From Akkermansia muciniphila (GTDB lineage: Bacteria > Verrucomicrobiota > Verrucomicrobiia > Limisphaerales > UBA1100), in contig CAMDOH010000002.1 of NCBI GenBank assembly GCA_945903605.1, positions 16,523 to 80,522 of the forward strand: a DNA stretch of 64,000 nucleotides, read 5' to 3'. A program made the position numbers and the translations under genes. Positions 20,144 through 29,594 of this stretch are shown here, in pieces. The notes beneath the pieces are model-generated. The model ran no database searches. It saw only the letters and a list, made by a program, of their open reading frames with translations, and was not told the DNA's origin. The first letter of the stretch is position 1, and the number at the start of each line of letters is the position of its first letter.

Positions 20144-21523
20144 ATGCAGTCACCATTGGATAAAGTTTGGGAACGTACACAAAAGCAATTGCGCACGGTG
20201 TTGACACCGGAGACCTACAATCTGTGGTTTCACTCCATCACGCCGGTGGTGCTGAACCAGACGTCGATCACATTGGAAGTGCCGAACGACTTCAACGAGG
20301 TTTGGCTCAAGGATAATTATCTGGCTTTGTTGCAGGACTCGCTCACTCACTCCACAGGACGTCAATTGCAGGTCAAATTCAAAGTGGGTTCCGCGCCCGC
20401 AACGAGCACGCTTCCCGCCCCCGTTGCCGCTGCACCAGCCAAACGCGCAGGTGACCGCCCGAAATCCAAATCCAGCAACGGCGCGAGTGAGATTTCCAGT
20501 GATCATATTTTCAACCCAAACAATTCCTTCGCGAACTTCTGTGTGGGCAGCACGAACAGCTTCGCTCACGCCGCCGCGTTGGCCGTCGCTCAAAACCCCG
20601 GCAAGTCCTACAATCCACTTTTCCTTTTTGGTGGCACGGGACTTGGCAAAACGCACTTGCTGCATGCGATCGGACAGAACATCTTGGAGCATCGGAAGAA
20701 TCTGAAAGTCTCCTATCTCTCCTGCGAAAAGTTCACCAACGAATACATCGCAGCCATTCAGGACAATCAGCTCGTCAAGTTCCGCAAGAAGTATCGCCAG
20801 ACAGATGTGCTGCTCATCGACGACGTCCAATTCCTCGGCGGCAAAGAACGCATTCAGGAAGAATTCTTTCACACGTTTAATGCGCTGCACGAGGCGCACA
20901 AACAGATTGTGCTCACCAGCGATCGTTCTCCGAATGAACTTCAAGGTGTCGAGCAGCGATTGGTCGGCCGATTTGAATGGGGACTCACCGCCGATGTCCA
21001 GCCGCCCGATGTCGAGACGCGTCTGGCGATTCTGCGGAACAAGGTCAAATCCACCGGCGTCCAACTCAGCGAGGAAGTCATCATGTTCCTCGCCAACCAT
21101 ATTCGCACCAACATCCGCCGACTTGAAGGCGCTCTCATTCGCGTCGCCTCCTACGCGCATCTTACCAGCAAGCCCGTCTCGATCGAGATGGTCGAGGATC
21201 TCCTTCGCGAAGTGCTGCAAGAAGAAGGCCGGCACACCATCACGATCGACGTCATCCAAAAGCGCGTGGCTGAACAATTCGACATTCGCCTTTCGGACAT
21301 GACCAGCAAACGTCGCCCGGAGAACATCGCGTTCCCGCGCCAGATCGCCATGTACCTTTCGCGCCATCTCACCGAACATTCACTGAGCTCGATTGGTGAC
21401 GCCTTTGGTGGCCGTGATCACGGAACAGTGCTGCATGCCTGCCGGCTCGTGAAGGATCGTATGGAAATCGATCCGAACGTCCGGCAGACTGTCCAGTACC
21501 TCGAGAAACAACTGCTCCGCTGA
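20144..21523 (+). CDS. dnaA: chromosomal replication initiator protein DnaA
   Basis: 459 aa with an N-terminal domain (W......L......YN.W), AAA+ motifs (NPLFLFGGTGLGKTHLLHAIG, LLIDDVQFL), a sensor region, and the C-terminal DNA-binding domain (..RRPENIAFPRQIAMYLSR.LT..SL..IG..FGGRDHGTVLHA). Confidence 0.97.
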   Translation: MQSPLDKVWERTQKQLRTVLTPETYNLWFHSITPVVLNQTSITLEVPNDFNEVWLKDNYLALLQDSLTHSTGRQLQVKFKVGSAPATSTLPAPVAAAPAKRAGDRPKSKSSNGASEISSDHIFNPNNSFANFCVGSTNSFAHAAALAVAQNPGKSYNPLFLFGGTGLGKTHLLHAIGQNILEHRKNLKVSYLSCEKFTNEYIAAIQDNQLVKFRKKYRQTDVLLIDDVQFLGGKERIQEEFFHTFNALHEAHKQIVLTSDRSPNELQGVEQRLVGRFEWGLTADVQPPDVETRLAILRNKVKSTGVQLSEEVIMFLANHIRTNIRRLEGALIRVASYAHLTSKPVSIEMVEDLLREVLQEEGRHTITIDVIQKRVAEQFDIRLSDMTSKRRPENIAFPRQIAMYLSRHLTEHSLSSIGDAFGGRDHGTVLHACRLVKDRMEIDPNVRQTVQYLEKQLLR

Positions 21524-21546
21524 GAGCGAACCAAGCACGGCCCACC

Positions 21547-22536
21547 ATGCCGGTGCTAGAAGTTCAGGGCCTCTCGAAAGCGTTTCGGACCTATAAAAAG
21601 GCGCCGGGGATGCGCGGCAGTTTGCTGGGATTATTTCGCCGCAAGCTGGAGGAAACTTGGGCTGTCCGCGACATCTCCTTTCAGATTGAGGCAGGCGAAT
21701 TCGTTGGATTCCTCGGTCCGAATGGAGCGGGCAAAACGACCACGCTGAAAATGCTCGCCGGTCTCCTGCATCCCACCGCAGGCGAAGCGCGCGTTCTCGG
21801 ACACACACCGTGGCTTCGCGAGGACAGTTATCGGCGCCAATTCGCCCTGTTGCTCGGCCAGAAAAACCAGCTTTGGTGGGATTTGCCCGCGCGCGAATCC
21901 ATGGAGTTGAACGCGAAGATTTACGACCTTCCAGCAGGTCGGTGGAAACCCCGCGCCGAATCGATGGCCGCCCTGCTCGAAGTGGAGGATAAATTCGACG
22001 TCGCCGTTCGCGAACTTTCCCTCGGCGAACGGGCGAAATTCGAACTCATCGCCGCGCTGCTTCATGAGCCGAAAGTACTTTTTCTCGATGAACCGACACT
22101 GGGACTCGACGTCGTCTCGCAAAAAACTGTCCGCGATTTTCTGAGGGAAGAAAACTCCAAGCGTGGGACAACCATCGTGCTCACGAGCCATTACATGGCC
22201 GATATCCAGTCGCTCTGCCATCGCGTCATCATCGTCGATCACGGGAAAATCTTCTTCGATGGCCAACTGGACACTGTGGTTGACCGGTTCGCCGATCACA
22301 AACGAGTGACCATACAATTCGACAATTCAGATTCAGTGTCAGGTCGCAGCGAAAAACTCGCCGCTTATGGTGAAGTTGTGGAACAGACTAACGCGCTCGT
22401 GAAGCTGCGAGTCAAACGCGATCGAGTCATTCCCGTCTGCAAGGCGCTGCTCGACGAGTTCCCGGTAAAAGACATCGACATCGAAGAAGTGCCCATCGAG
22501 GAAATCATCCGCCAGTTGTTTGACCGGAAGACCTGA
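21547..22536 (+). CDS. ABC transporter ATP-binding protein (COG4586-like, ABC-2 subgroup)
   Basis: 329 aa with Walker A (GPNGAGKTTT), a Q-loop, a signature-like LSLGERAKFELIAALL, and Walker B (LFLDEPTLGLD). The 'QLWWDLP' segment is typical of the COG4586 group. Confidence 0.9.
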   Translation: MPVLEVQGLSKAFRTYKKAPGMRGSLLGLFRRKLEETWAVRDISFQIEAGEFVGFLGPNGAGKTTTLKMLAGLLHPTAGEARVLGHTPWLREDSYRRQFALLLGQKNQLWWDLPARESMELNAKIYDLPAGRWKPRAESMAALLEVEDKFDVAVRELSLGERAKFELIAALLHEPKVLFLDEPTLGLDVVSQKTVRDFLREENSKRGTTIVLTSHYMADIQSLCHRVIIVDHGKIFFDGQLDTVVDRFADHKRVTIQFDNSDSVSGRSEKLAAYGEVVEQTNALVKLRVKRDRVIPVCKALLDEFPVKDIDIEEVPIEEIIRQLFDRKT

Positions 22537-22578
22537 AAGATCGGCTTCTGATAATCGTCGCGCCGACGCTGTTCTCTA

Positions 22579-23754
22579 TTACAATCGGCCGACAAAGCGA
22601 GCCATCCGTTCGGCGGCAATCTCGATACGATTCAAATCCGTCGCAAAGCAGCATCGTAAGTAACCTTCGCCGCTTGATCCGAATGCGCTGCCCGGCACGG
22701 CAGCTACTTTCTCCTCATTCAATAGGCGCAATGCGAATTCCTTCGAGCTAAGCCCCCATTTCTTGATGCTGGGAAATGCGTAAAACGAACCTCGCGGCAG
22801 GTGACATGACAGACCCATTTCGTTGAACGCCTTCACGATGAAATTGCGCCGTAGCTTGTACTGATCCCGCATCGATGAACAGGCAGTCGCCCCGTTTCGC
22901 AACGCTTCAAGTGCGGCCTCCTGACTGATGATGCTCGCGCAGAGCATCGAGTATTGATGAATGCGCATCATCGCTTCGATCAACTCCGCAGGCCCGCAGG
23001 CGTAGCCGATGCGAAAGCCTGTCATTGCATAAGCCTTCGAAAATCCGTGCAGGAAAATCGTGCGAACGGCCATTCCTGGGAGCGAAGCGATGGAGACGTG
23101 CTCGCCTTCAAAAGTCAGCTCGGCATAAATTTCGTCTGTGAGCACCACGAGATTGTGTCGTTGCGCCACAGCGGCGATTTTCTCCAGCTCACTGCGAGTC
23201 ATCGTGCCGCCGGTGGGGTTGGTCGGAAAATTCAGAATCAACACCTTGCTGCGCGGTGTGATTGCTTTTTCAATGGCTTCGGCGGTGACGGCGAATTCCG
23301 TGGCCGCAGTGCATTCGATGGCGACGGGCTTGCCGTGAGCAAGCGCGATGCTCGGCGAATAGCTCACGTAGCACGGCTCGTGATAAAGGATTTCGTCACC
23401 GGGATTGATGAGTGCGCGCAGCGCCAAATCGAGTGCTTCACTCACGCCAACGGCGATCAGAATCTGGTTTTTTGCGTCGTAGTGGACATCAAAATGCTTG
23501 GCCAGATGTCGGCTGATTTCCTCGCGCAAGCTCAACAGACCGAGGTTCGATGTGTAACTGGTTTTGCCGCGTTCGAGCGCGTAGATGGCCGACTCGCGAA
23601 TGTGCCACGGCGTGACGAAGTCCGGCTCGCCGACGCCCAGTGAAATGATGTCCTTTTGTCCCTGCACCAAATCAAAAAACTCGCGGATGCCCGAGCGTGG
23701 GATGGCGCGCACGTGATGGGCGATATGCGTGTTGATTGAGTCGGACATGAGCAC
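22579..23754 (-). CDS. class I/II PLP-dependent aminotransferase (aspartate/aromatic aminotransferase-like)
   Basis: 391 aa with ISLGVGEPDF.TP, NPTG and the PLP-lysine context GFSKAYAMTGFRIGY. Confidence 0.9.
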   Translation of the reverse strand: MLMSDSINTHIAHHVRAIPRSGIREFFDLVQGQKDIISLGVGEPDFVTPWHIRESAIYALERGKTSYTSNLGLLSLREEISRHLAKHFDVHYDAKNQILIAVGVSEALDLALRALINPGDEILYHEPCYVSYSPSIALAHGKPVAIECTAATEFAVTAEAIEKAITPRSKVLILNFPTNPTGGTMTRSELEKIAAVAQRHNLVVLTDEIYAELTFEGEHVSIASLPGMAVRTIFLHGFSKAYAMTGFRIGYACGPAELIEAMMRIHQYSMLCASIISQEAALEALRNGATACSSMRDQYKLRRNFIVKAFNEMGLSCHLPRGSFYAFPSIKKWGLSSKEFALRLLNEEKVAAVPGSAFGSSGEGYLRCCFATDLNRIEIAAERMARFVGRL

Positions 23755-23766
23755 GGGAAACTAGTG

Positions 23767-23799
23767 GAAAACGGCTGCCGCAGCAAGCCAGCACTGCGG
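23767..23799 (-). terminator. possible terminator hairpin after clpX
   Basis: On the minus strand: CCGCAG (23799-23794), a 10-nt loop, CTGCGG (23783-23778), then CAGCCGTTTTC. The stem is short and the T-run is offset by 5 nt. Confidence 0.35.
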
Positions 23800-23800
23800 T

Positions 23801-25075
23801 TTAGGCTGCGGCCTGTTTGGGTTTACGACGGATGGTCAACCGAGTCTTGCCTTGCACTGCGGACTTGGTGACACGCACGCCAATGATTTCTTCGTTGCCG
23901 GGAATGTCGTACATGACATCGAGCATCAATTTTTCGAGCAAGGCGCGCAGCGCACGGGCGCCGGTGCCTTTTTTGCGTGCTTGCGCCGCCAGCTCCAACA
24001 GTGCGTCAGCAGAAAAATCTAATTCGACATTCTCCATGCCGAACAGTTTGGCGTATTGCTTGGTGAGAGCATTTCGCGGTTCGGTGAGAACAGTCACGAG
24101 CTGATCCTCGGTGAGTTCGTCCAGCACGCTGACCATGGGCAGGCGACCGATGAATTCGGGAATGAATCCAAAGCTGATCAGATCTTCTGGCTCGACCTGC
24201 TTGATGATTTCGCGTGTGTCCAATACCCCTTCTCGATGCGTCTGTTCAATCGCGCCAAATCCAAGCGAGCGATTGCCGACTCGTCGCTGGATGATTTTTT
24301 CAAGCCCAACAAACGCGCCGCCGCAAATAAACAGGATGTTCCGGGTGTCCACGCGGATGTATTCCTGTTGTGGATGTTTGCGGCCGCCTTGTGGCGGTAC
24401 TGCACAAAGGGTGCCTTCGAGGATCTTCAGCAACGCCTGCTGCACGCCTTCGCCGGAGACGTCGCGCGTGATGGATACGTTTTCTGTTTTGCGCGCAATT
24501 TTGTCGATCTCGTCGATGTAGATGATTCCGATCTGGGCGGCTTTGACGTCGTACTCGGCATTTTGGAGCAGTCTTAGAATGATGTTTTCGACATCTTCGC
24601 CCACATAGCCAGCCTCGGTCAGCGTGGTGGCATCGGCGATCGCGAATGGCACATTGAGAATCTTCGCCAGTGCGCGAGCGAGCAAAGTTTTGCCCGAGCC
24701 AGTCGGGCCGATCATCAGGATATTGGTTTTCTCCAATTCAACCGTGTCGGCAACGTCGGCCTCGGCATTCTTCGGTTTGGCGTCCTGCAGAATTCGTTTG
24801 TAATGGTTGTGAACGGCCACGGACAAAGTCTTCTTCGCATGATCCTGTCCGATGCAATGCAGGTCGAGATGCGCTTTGATTTCAGAGGGGCGCGGCACTT
24901 GCAGCCGTGCCAGTTCCTTGGCCGGTTCCGCAGCGAGTTCTTTGTCGAGGAGCTTCTTGAATGAGGCCACGCAACCGTCACAAATGTAAACACCGGGACC
25001 CGAGACGAGCTTGGCCACTTCTGCGTGCGACTTGCCGCAAAAGCTGCACAAGGTCAGTTGAGTCGGACGCGCCAT
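23801..25075 (-). CDS. clpX: ATP-dependent Clp protease ATP-binding subunit ClpX
   Basis: 424 aa with the N-terminal zinc-binding domain (CSFCGK......L..G....IC..C), Walker A ([11 protein letters not shown]), [10 protein letters not shown] and the GARALR sensor. Confidence 0.97.
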   Translation of the reverse strand: MARPTQLTLCSFCGKSHAEVAKLVSGPGVYICDGCVASFKKLLDKELAAEPAKELARLQVPRPSEIKAHLDLHCIGQDHAKKTLSVAVHNHYKRILQDAKPKNAEADVADTVELEKTNILMIGPTGSGKTLLARALAKILNVPFAIADATTLTEAGYVGEDVENIILRLLQNAEYDVKAAQIGIIYIDEIDKIARKTENVSITRDVSGEGVQQALLKILEGTLCAVPPQGGRKHPQQEYIRVDTRNILFICGGAFVGLEKIIQRRVGNRSLGFGAIEQTHREGVLDTREIIKQVEPEDLISFGFIPEFIGRLPMVSVLDELTEDQLVTVLTEPRNALTKQYAKLFGMENVELDFSADALLELAAQARKKGTGARALRALLEKLMLDVMYDIPGNEEIIGVRVTKSAVQGKTRLTIRRKPKQAAA

Positions 25076-25081
25076 GTTGCC

Positions 25082-25738
25082 TTAAAGTTTCACGGAGGTT
25101 TTGTCGGGCAGATTGGGCAACTCTTTTCGTGAGGTGACCACTTCGTCCACCAACCCGAATTCTTTCGCCTCGATGGCACTCATGAAATTGTCGCGGTCGC
25201 AGGCCTTCTCAACTTCCGCTTCGGGTCTGCCCGTGTGTTCAGAGAGAATCTTATTGAGGCGCTGTTTGAGCTTGAGCATGTATTTGACTCGGATTTCCAT
25301 GTCGCTCGCTTGACCTTCGGCTCCGCCGAGCACTTGGTGGATCATGATGTTCGCATTCGGCAGCGAAAACCGTTTTCCTTTCGTACCGCCGGAAAGGAGC
25401 ACCGCGCCCATCGAGGCCGCTTGGCCTATGCAATACGTGTTCACGTCGCAAGTCAGGAATTGCATCGTGTCATAAATCGCCAAGCCAGCCGTCACGCTGC
25501 CGCCGGGCGAATTGATGTAGAGATGCACGTCCTTTTTCGGATCGGACATCTGCAGGAACAGCATTTGCGCGATGATGAGGTTGGACACCGTGTCGTCCAC
25601 AGCTGTGCCGAGGAAGATGATGCGATCAACGAGCAGTCGCGAATAGATGTCGTAACCGCGTTCGCCTCGGGCGGTTTGCTCGACAACGTGCGGGACAAGA
25701 TAATTATTGGTGGCCGGTTTCATCCGTTGCAGAGACAT
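25082..25738 (-). CDS. clpP: ATP-dependent Clp protease proteolytic subunit ClpP
   Basis: It has [30 protein letters not shown], the catalytic-Ser context ([11 protein letters not shown]), and His in MIHQ. The start was taken at the ATG at 25738; the track ORF begins at a TTG at 25762, and another ATG lies at 25723. Confidence 0.95.
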   Translation of the reverse strand: MSLQRMKPATNNYLVPHVVEQTARGERGYDIYSRLLVDRIIFLGTAVDDTVSNLIIAQMLFLQMSDPKKDVHLYINSPGGSVTAGLAIYDTMQFLTCDVNTYCIGQAASMGAVLLSGGTKGKRFSLPNANIMIHQVLGGAEGQASDMEIRVKYMLKLKQRLNKILSEHTGRPEAEVEKACDRDNFMSAIEAKEFGLVDEVVTSRKELPNLPDKTSVKL

Positions 25739-25758
25739 TACGGGCAGACCGCCAAGCG

Positions 25759-26472
25759 TCAAGCATCGGCGGGAAGCGCCTTGCCACGATTGCGCAAAAA
25801 AGTGAGAGCGGCCACCGCTGCGGCCACCTCAGCCGTCTTCTTGCTCTTTCCTTCGCCTCTCGCCATTTCGCGTCCACCATGTCGCACCGCACAACAAAAC
25901 TTGCGGTCGTGATCCGGCCCCAGGATGTCGAGCACGCGATAATCGGGCGGCTCGCCGGAATTGTTCTGGAGCAACTCCTGCAATTCTCCTTTCGGATTGC
26001 CACCGTGCAAACTCACGTCAACCACATCCAGCGCATTCTTGAATTGATGGCGAACAAATCGGCGCGCGCTGGGCCAGCCGCCGTCAAGAAACACCGCGCC
26101 AATAAGTGACTCGTAGGCATCAGCCAGCACAGAGGATTTCTCTCGTCCGCCGCTAGCTTCCTCGCCGCGGCCCATGATCAAGTGCGCACCAATTCCGATG
26201 TCGCGAGCCTTCGTCAGCAGGGCATCACGACTGACCAGCCGCGCCCGCATTTTGGACAGCGATCCTTCGTCGCGATCGGGAAAGCGGCTGAACAATTCAG
26301 ATGAGATGGTCATTTGCAGAACCGCGTCACCAAGAAATTCCAGCCGCTGATTATTGGGCAAAGCTCGGTTGCGCTCGTAGGAAACCGATGGATGCGTGAG
26401 CGCCAGTTTGAGCCACTCGGGATTCTTGAACTGATGGGTCACCGACTTTTGGAATGGATCGAGCCGAGCCAC
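25759..26472 (-). CDS. rnc: ribonuclease III
   Basis: It has the RNase III signature (HPS......[13 protein letters not shown]) and a C-terminal dsRBD (..GPDHDRKF...[20 protein letters not shown]). A likely GTG start at 26472 lies 7 nt after the upstream stop. The track ORF (to 26589) would overlap the upstream gene by 110 nt. Confidence 0.88.
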   Translation of the reverse strand: MARLDPFQKSVTHQFKNPEWLKLALTHPSVSYERNRALPNNQRLEFLGDAVLQMTISSELFSRFPDRDEGSLSKMRARLVSRDALLTKARDIGIGAHLIMGRGEEASGGREKSSVLADAYESLIGAVFLDGGWPSARRFVRHQFKNALDVVDVSLHGGNPKGELQELLQNNSGEPPDYRVLDILGPDHDRKFCCAVRHGGREMARGEGKSKKTAEVAAAVAALTFLRNRGKALPADA

Positions 26473-26479
26473 GATGGGA

Positions 26480-27073
26480 TTAGTTTGCGTCGGCAGGTGC
26501 CGGTTCCAACGAGGGTTCAGTCGCAGCGGGCGTTTCCGGCTCACTGCCATGATCGAGCAGGCGGGAAACTTCGGCCTGAACTTCGGCAAGCTGATCGAAT
26601 CGCAGATGGGGATCGATGATGGTGATCACTTCGCCAGTGCGAGCGTGCTCGTAAACGAGTGTGCGTCCTTCGCCTTGCTGGATGGATTCGCGGGATTTGA
26701 GGATGCGTTTGCGTTCGAGCATCACCGCCAGGATGAAGCAGGAAGCTTTGTGCCGCGCTTCACCAAGCGCGATCAATCGCCGCAGAAGCTCCTCGGCATT
26801 TTCCTTTTTGATCGCATCGACAATCGGCACAGGTTTTTCATAATGCCCCTGCCATTGCGAGAGGCAGGTGGTTTTGTGTGCGAGAATGGCAGGCTCATCT
26901 TTGGCCCAGCAACCGGCACAAAGATCCATTCGTAGATAATTTTCTTCTGCAGGCACGAGCAGCGTGTGGCATGCCTGTTTGTCTTCGAATTTCTGTTGGC
27001 AGCCTTGGCAGGTGTTGGCGCGGGTTTGGATATTCCAGTCGTTCGTTGCCATGTTGTTTTGTCGTGCGCGCAT
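26480..27073 (-). CDS. hypothetical protein with an N-terminal CxxC...CxxC zinc-ribbon
   Basis: 197 aa (190 aa from the ATG at 27052). It has CQGCQQKF...(24 aa)...CAGCW, a helical middle part and an acidic Pro/Glu-rich tail. I recognise no family. It lies directly upstream of rnc on the same strand. Confidence 0.55.
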   Translation of the reverse strand: MRARQNNMATNDWNIQTRANTCQGCQQKFEDKQACHTLLVPAEENYLRMDLCAGCWAKDEPAILAHKTTCLSQWQGHYEKPVPIVDAIKKENAEELLRRLIALGEARHKASCFILAVMLERKRILKSRESIQQGEGRTLVYEHARTGEVITIIDPHLRFDQLAEVQAEVSRLLDHGSEPETPAATEPSLEPAPADAN

Positions 27074-27142
27074 TATTGTGCGGCGAATCGGGAGGGCAAC
27101 TTCATTCCATTCCGATTCGGGTGATACGGTTTTGACAAATCA

Positions 27143-28396
27143 GTGTCAGGCAAGCAAACTTTGCTCATGTACTCCCATGGCATTCGGGTTCTCTTTGTCG
27201 CTCTATGTTGTGTGTCGGTGAATGTGCCGTCGGCAGGGGCCGCCCCCTCCGTGCCGACGCTTGCGTTGAAGCCAGCGTGGACGCATATCAAATTCAAACG
27301 CCCGTTGTGGCTGGAGGAATCGCCCGATGGCACGGGCCGTATTTTTATGGTCGAGCAAGCGGGCCGCATCCTGATCATGCCGAAAGATCGTGCGGCCACG
27401 AACACCGTTGAGTTTCTCGACATCTCTGCGCGCAAGACATACCGACAAGATGAAGAGGGGTTGCTGGGAATGGCCTTTCACCCCAAGTACAAGGAGAACG
27501 GCCGGTTGTTCCTCTTTTATTCGGCGCATGATCCTCTGCGCAGCATCATCAGCGAATGGCGTGTCTCGAAGGACAACCCTTCGCGAGTTGATCTGGCAAG
27601 CGAACGCGTACTCTTGGAAATCCCTCGTCCGTTTTGGAATCACGATGGCGGCGTGTTGATGTTCGGCAAAGATGGGTATCTTTATTTGAGTCACGGCGAC
27701 GGTGGTCAGCGCGATGACCCGCATGACAACGGTCAAAATCTGGGTTCCTTGCTCGGCAAGATTCTCCGCATCGATGTCGACAACAAAACGGGCAATCTTC
27801 CATATGGAATTCCGAAGGACAACCCGTTCATTGGCACAGCGGGCGCGCGGCCGGAGATTTGGGCGTTCGGGTTGCGCAATGTTTGGCGCATGGCGTTTGA
27901 CCGGAAAAATGGCGACCTGTGGGCTTCCGATGTGGGACAAGACAAATGGGAAGAAATCAACGTCATCACCAAAGGCGGCAATTATGGCTGGCGCGTCCGC
28001 GAAGGATTTCATCCTTGGAAAGATTCAGCGCATAAACACACGCGCTTCATCGATCCGGTGTTGGAATATCCGCATGTGCCTGCGCTGGCCAAGGAAAGCA
28101 AATCGCCGGAACACGGCACGGGAGTTTCGATCACTGGCGGCTACGTGTATCGCGGAAATAAACTGCCTGTGCTGCAAGGGGTCTATGTTTATGCAGACTA
28201 CAAAATGGGGACCGTCTGGGGGTTGCGATCGTCGAACAACACTTCGGTAGATGTCGTCGGCGAAATCATCAAACCCAATCCGATCCGGTTTGTGGCCAGC
28301 TTTGGCGAAGATGCCGCAGGTGAATTGTACATGCTCTGTCTGGATGGCAATGTGTACGAGTTCGTGATGCCCGCACCCAAGCCCGTCAGGAATTAG
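27143..28396 (+). CDS. PQQ-dependent sugar dehydrogenase (soluble glucose/sorbosone dehydrogenase-like, YliI family)
   Basis: 417 aa with a signal peptide. It has EEGLLGMAFHP.Y..NG..F..YS, NHDGG.L.FGKDGYLY...GDGG...DP..NGQN...LLGKILRIDVD, IWAFGLRN.WR.AFD, and GGNYGW. Confidence 0.85.
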   Translation: MSGKQTLLMYSHGIRVLFVALCCVSVNVPSAGAAPSVPTLALKPAWTHIKFKRPLWLEESPDGTGRIFMVEQAGRILIMPKDRAATNTVEFLDISARKTYRQDEEGLLGMAFHPKYKENGRLFLFYSAHDPLRSIISEWRVSKDNPSRVDLASERVLLEIPRPFWNHDGGVLMFGKDGYLYLSHGDGGQRDDPHDNGQNLGSLLGKILRIDVDNKTGNLPYGIPKDNPFIGTAGARPEIWAFGLRNVWRMAFDRKNGDLWASDVGQDKWEEINVITKGGNYGWRVREGFHPWKDSAHKHTRFIDPVLEYPHVPALAKESKSPEHGTGVSITGGYVYRGNKLPVLQGVYVYADYKMGTVWGLRSSNNTSVDVVGEIIKPNPIRFVASFGEDAAGELYMLCLDGNVYEFVMPAPKPVRN

Positions 28397-28920
28397 CCGA
28401 TAATCAGGAACGGCGAGAGCAAGTTCACGTACAGCGCCGCCAGCAAGTCATCCACGACGATTCCCCAGCCACCCGGCAGCGATTGCGATTTTCCCACGGG
28501 CCACGGCTTGACGATGTCAAAGAATCGGAACGCGACGAATCCGCCGAGTGTGATCAACCAGTATTGCTTGCGGGGGTCGAACATATCGCCCGGCAGTAGC
28601 GTCGCCGAGCCGGGAGATTTACTGATGAGTGCCATTGTGAGAAAGAGAAACGCGAAACAGAAAGGCACCGCAACGATTTCATCCAGCACGACCGATTGAG
28701 GATCTTTCTGTCCCAAGATTTTTTCTGCGCGGCCGCAAATCCAGACTGCGGCGAGGACGCCCAAAATAGCTCCAACGAAATAGAGCCAGAAATTGCCAGT
28801 GGCCAGCAGTACCGCCATCCACACCAAACCACCCAGCGAACCGAATGTGCCCGGCGCTTTGGGTAAGCGTCCCAATCCAAATCCCTGCGCGATCCAAACT
28901 ACGATTTTATCGGAGATCAC
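28393..28920 (-). CDS. pgpA: phosphatidylglycerophosphatase A
   Basis: 175 aa with a GTG start that overlaps the pgsA stop (GTGA). It has GFGLGRLPKAPGTFGSLGG, FDIVKPWP and DD..AA.Y motifs. Confidence 0.85.
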   Translation of the reverse strand: MISDKIVVWIAQGFGLGRLPKAPGTFGSLGGLVWMAVLLATGNFWLYFVGAILGVLAAVWICGRAEKILGQKDPQSVVLDEIVAVPFCFAFLFLTMALISKSPGSATLLPGDMFDPRKQYWLITLGGFVAFRFFDIVKPWPVGKSQSLPGGWGIVVDDLLAALYVNLLSPFLIIG

Positions 28921-29582
28921 AGATCTTTCATGAACAGTTCACGATTGCGCCACAGATAGTGGCCGCCGGAAATCGCGGTCAAACCCACGGCGCACCAAGT
29001 GGACAACATCGTCAACCAAACCGACCACGGCACGCCGGATATTTTGGATCCGAAGAATTGCGGCCCCCAAGTTCCCCAATCATGGTAGCTCACGCAAACA
29101 AGAATCCCGACGACCGAGCCTACCTGCAGGTTCGTTTTGCGCTTGCCGATGGTTTCGGCCGATAGGATGACGCCCTTGCTCGCCGCCAGCAATCGTAGGC
29201 CGGTGATGGCCAGCTCGCGCGCGACGATGATGATGGCCATCCACGCTGGCAAAATGAGGTGTTGGCCGGGCACTTCGCTCCAAGTCGGCATCCAGCCATT
29301 CGGGATTTCACTCTCGAGCGCTACGGGCATCGGCATTCCGATGAGCATCACAAACCCTGCACAAACCATGATCTTGTCTGCCAGCGGATCCATCAGCTTG
29401 CCGAAATCCGTGACCAGTCCGCGCCGCCGCGCAATCATCCCGTCGACGATATCCGAAATTCCACCCGCAAAAAACAGCGCACACGCCACGGTTGTTTTCA
29501 GCGGGAAATCCATCATCAGCACCACCACAAATGCCACAGTGATGAGGAGGCGTGAGGTCGTGATTTTGTTCGGCAGATTCAT
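28917..29582 (-). CDS. pgsA: CDP-diacylglycerol--glycerol-3-phosphate 3-phosphatidyltransferase
   Basis: 221 aa with NLPNKITTSRL and the CDP-alcohol phosphotransferase motif (DIVDGMIARRRGLVTDFGKLMDPLADK). A periplasmic-loop insert makes it longer than usual. Confidence 0.9.
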   Translation of the reverse strand: MNLPNKITTSRLLITVAFVVVLMMDFPLKTTVACALFFAGGISDIVDGMIARRRGLVTDFGKLMDPLADKIMVCAGFVMLIGMPMPVALESEIPNGWMPTWSEVPGQHLILPAWMAIIIVARELAITGLRLLAASKGVILSAETIGKRKTNLQVGSVVGILVCVSYHDWGTWGPQFFGSKISGVPWSVWLTMLSTWCAVGLTAISGGHYLWRNRELFMKDL

Positions 29583-29594
29583 GACTCAATCCTG

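Noticed and set aside
20150-21379. A 409-aa ORF antisense to almost the whole of dnaA.
   Set aside because: It lies entirely within dnaA, which is unambiguous. Its translation is Arg/Ala/Gly/Leu-rich with no recognisable motif, signal or domain. Long stop-free antisense frames are expected opposite strongly codon-biased GC-rich genes, so I treat it as a shadow ORF.
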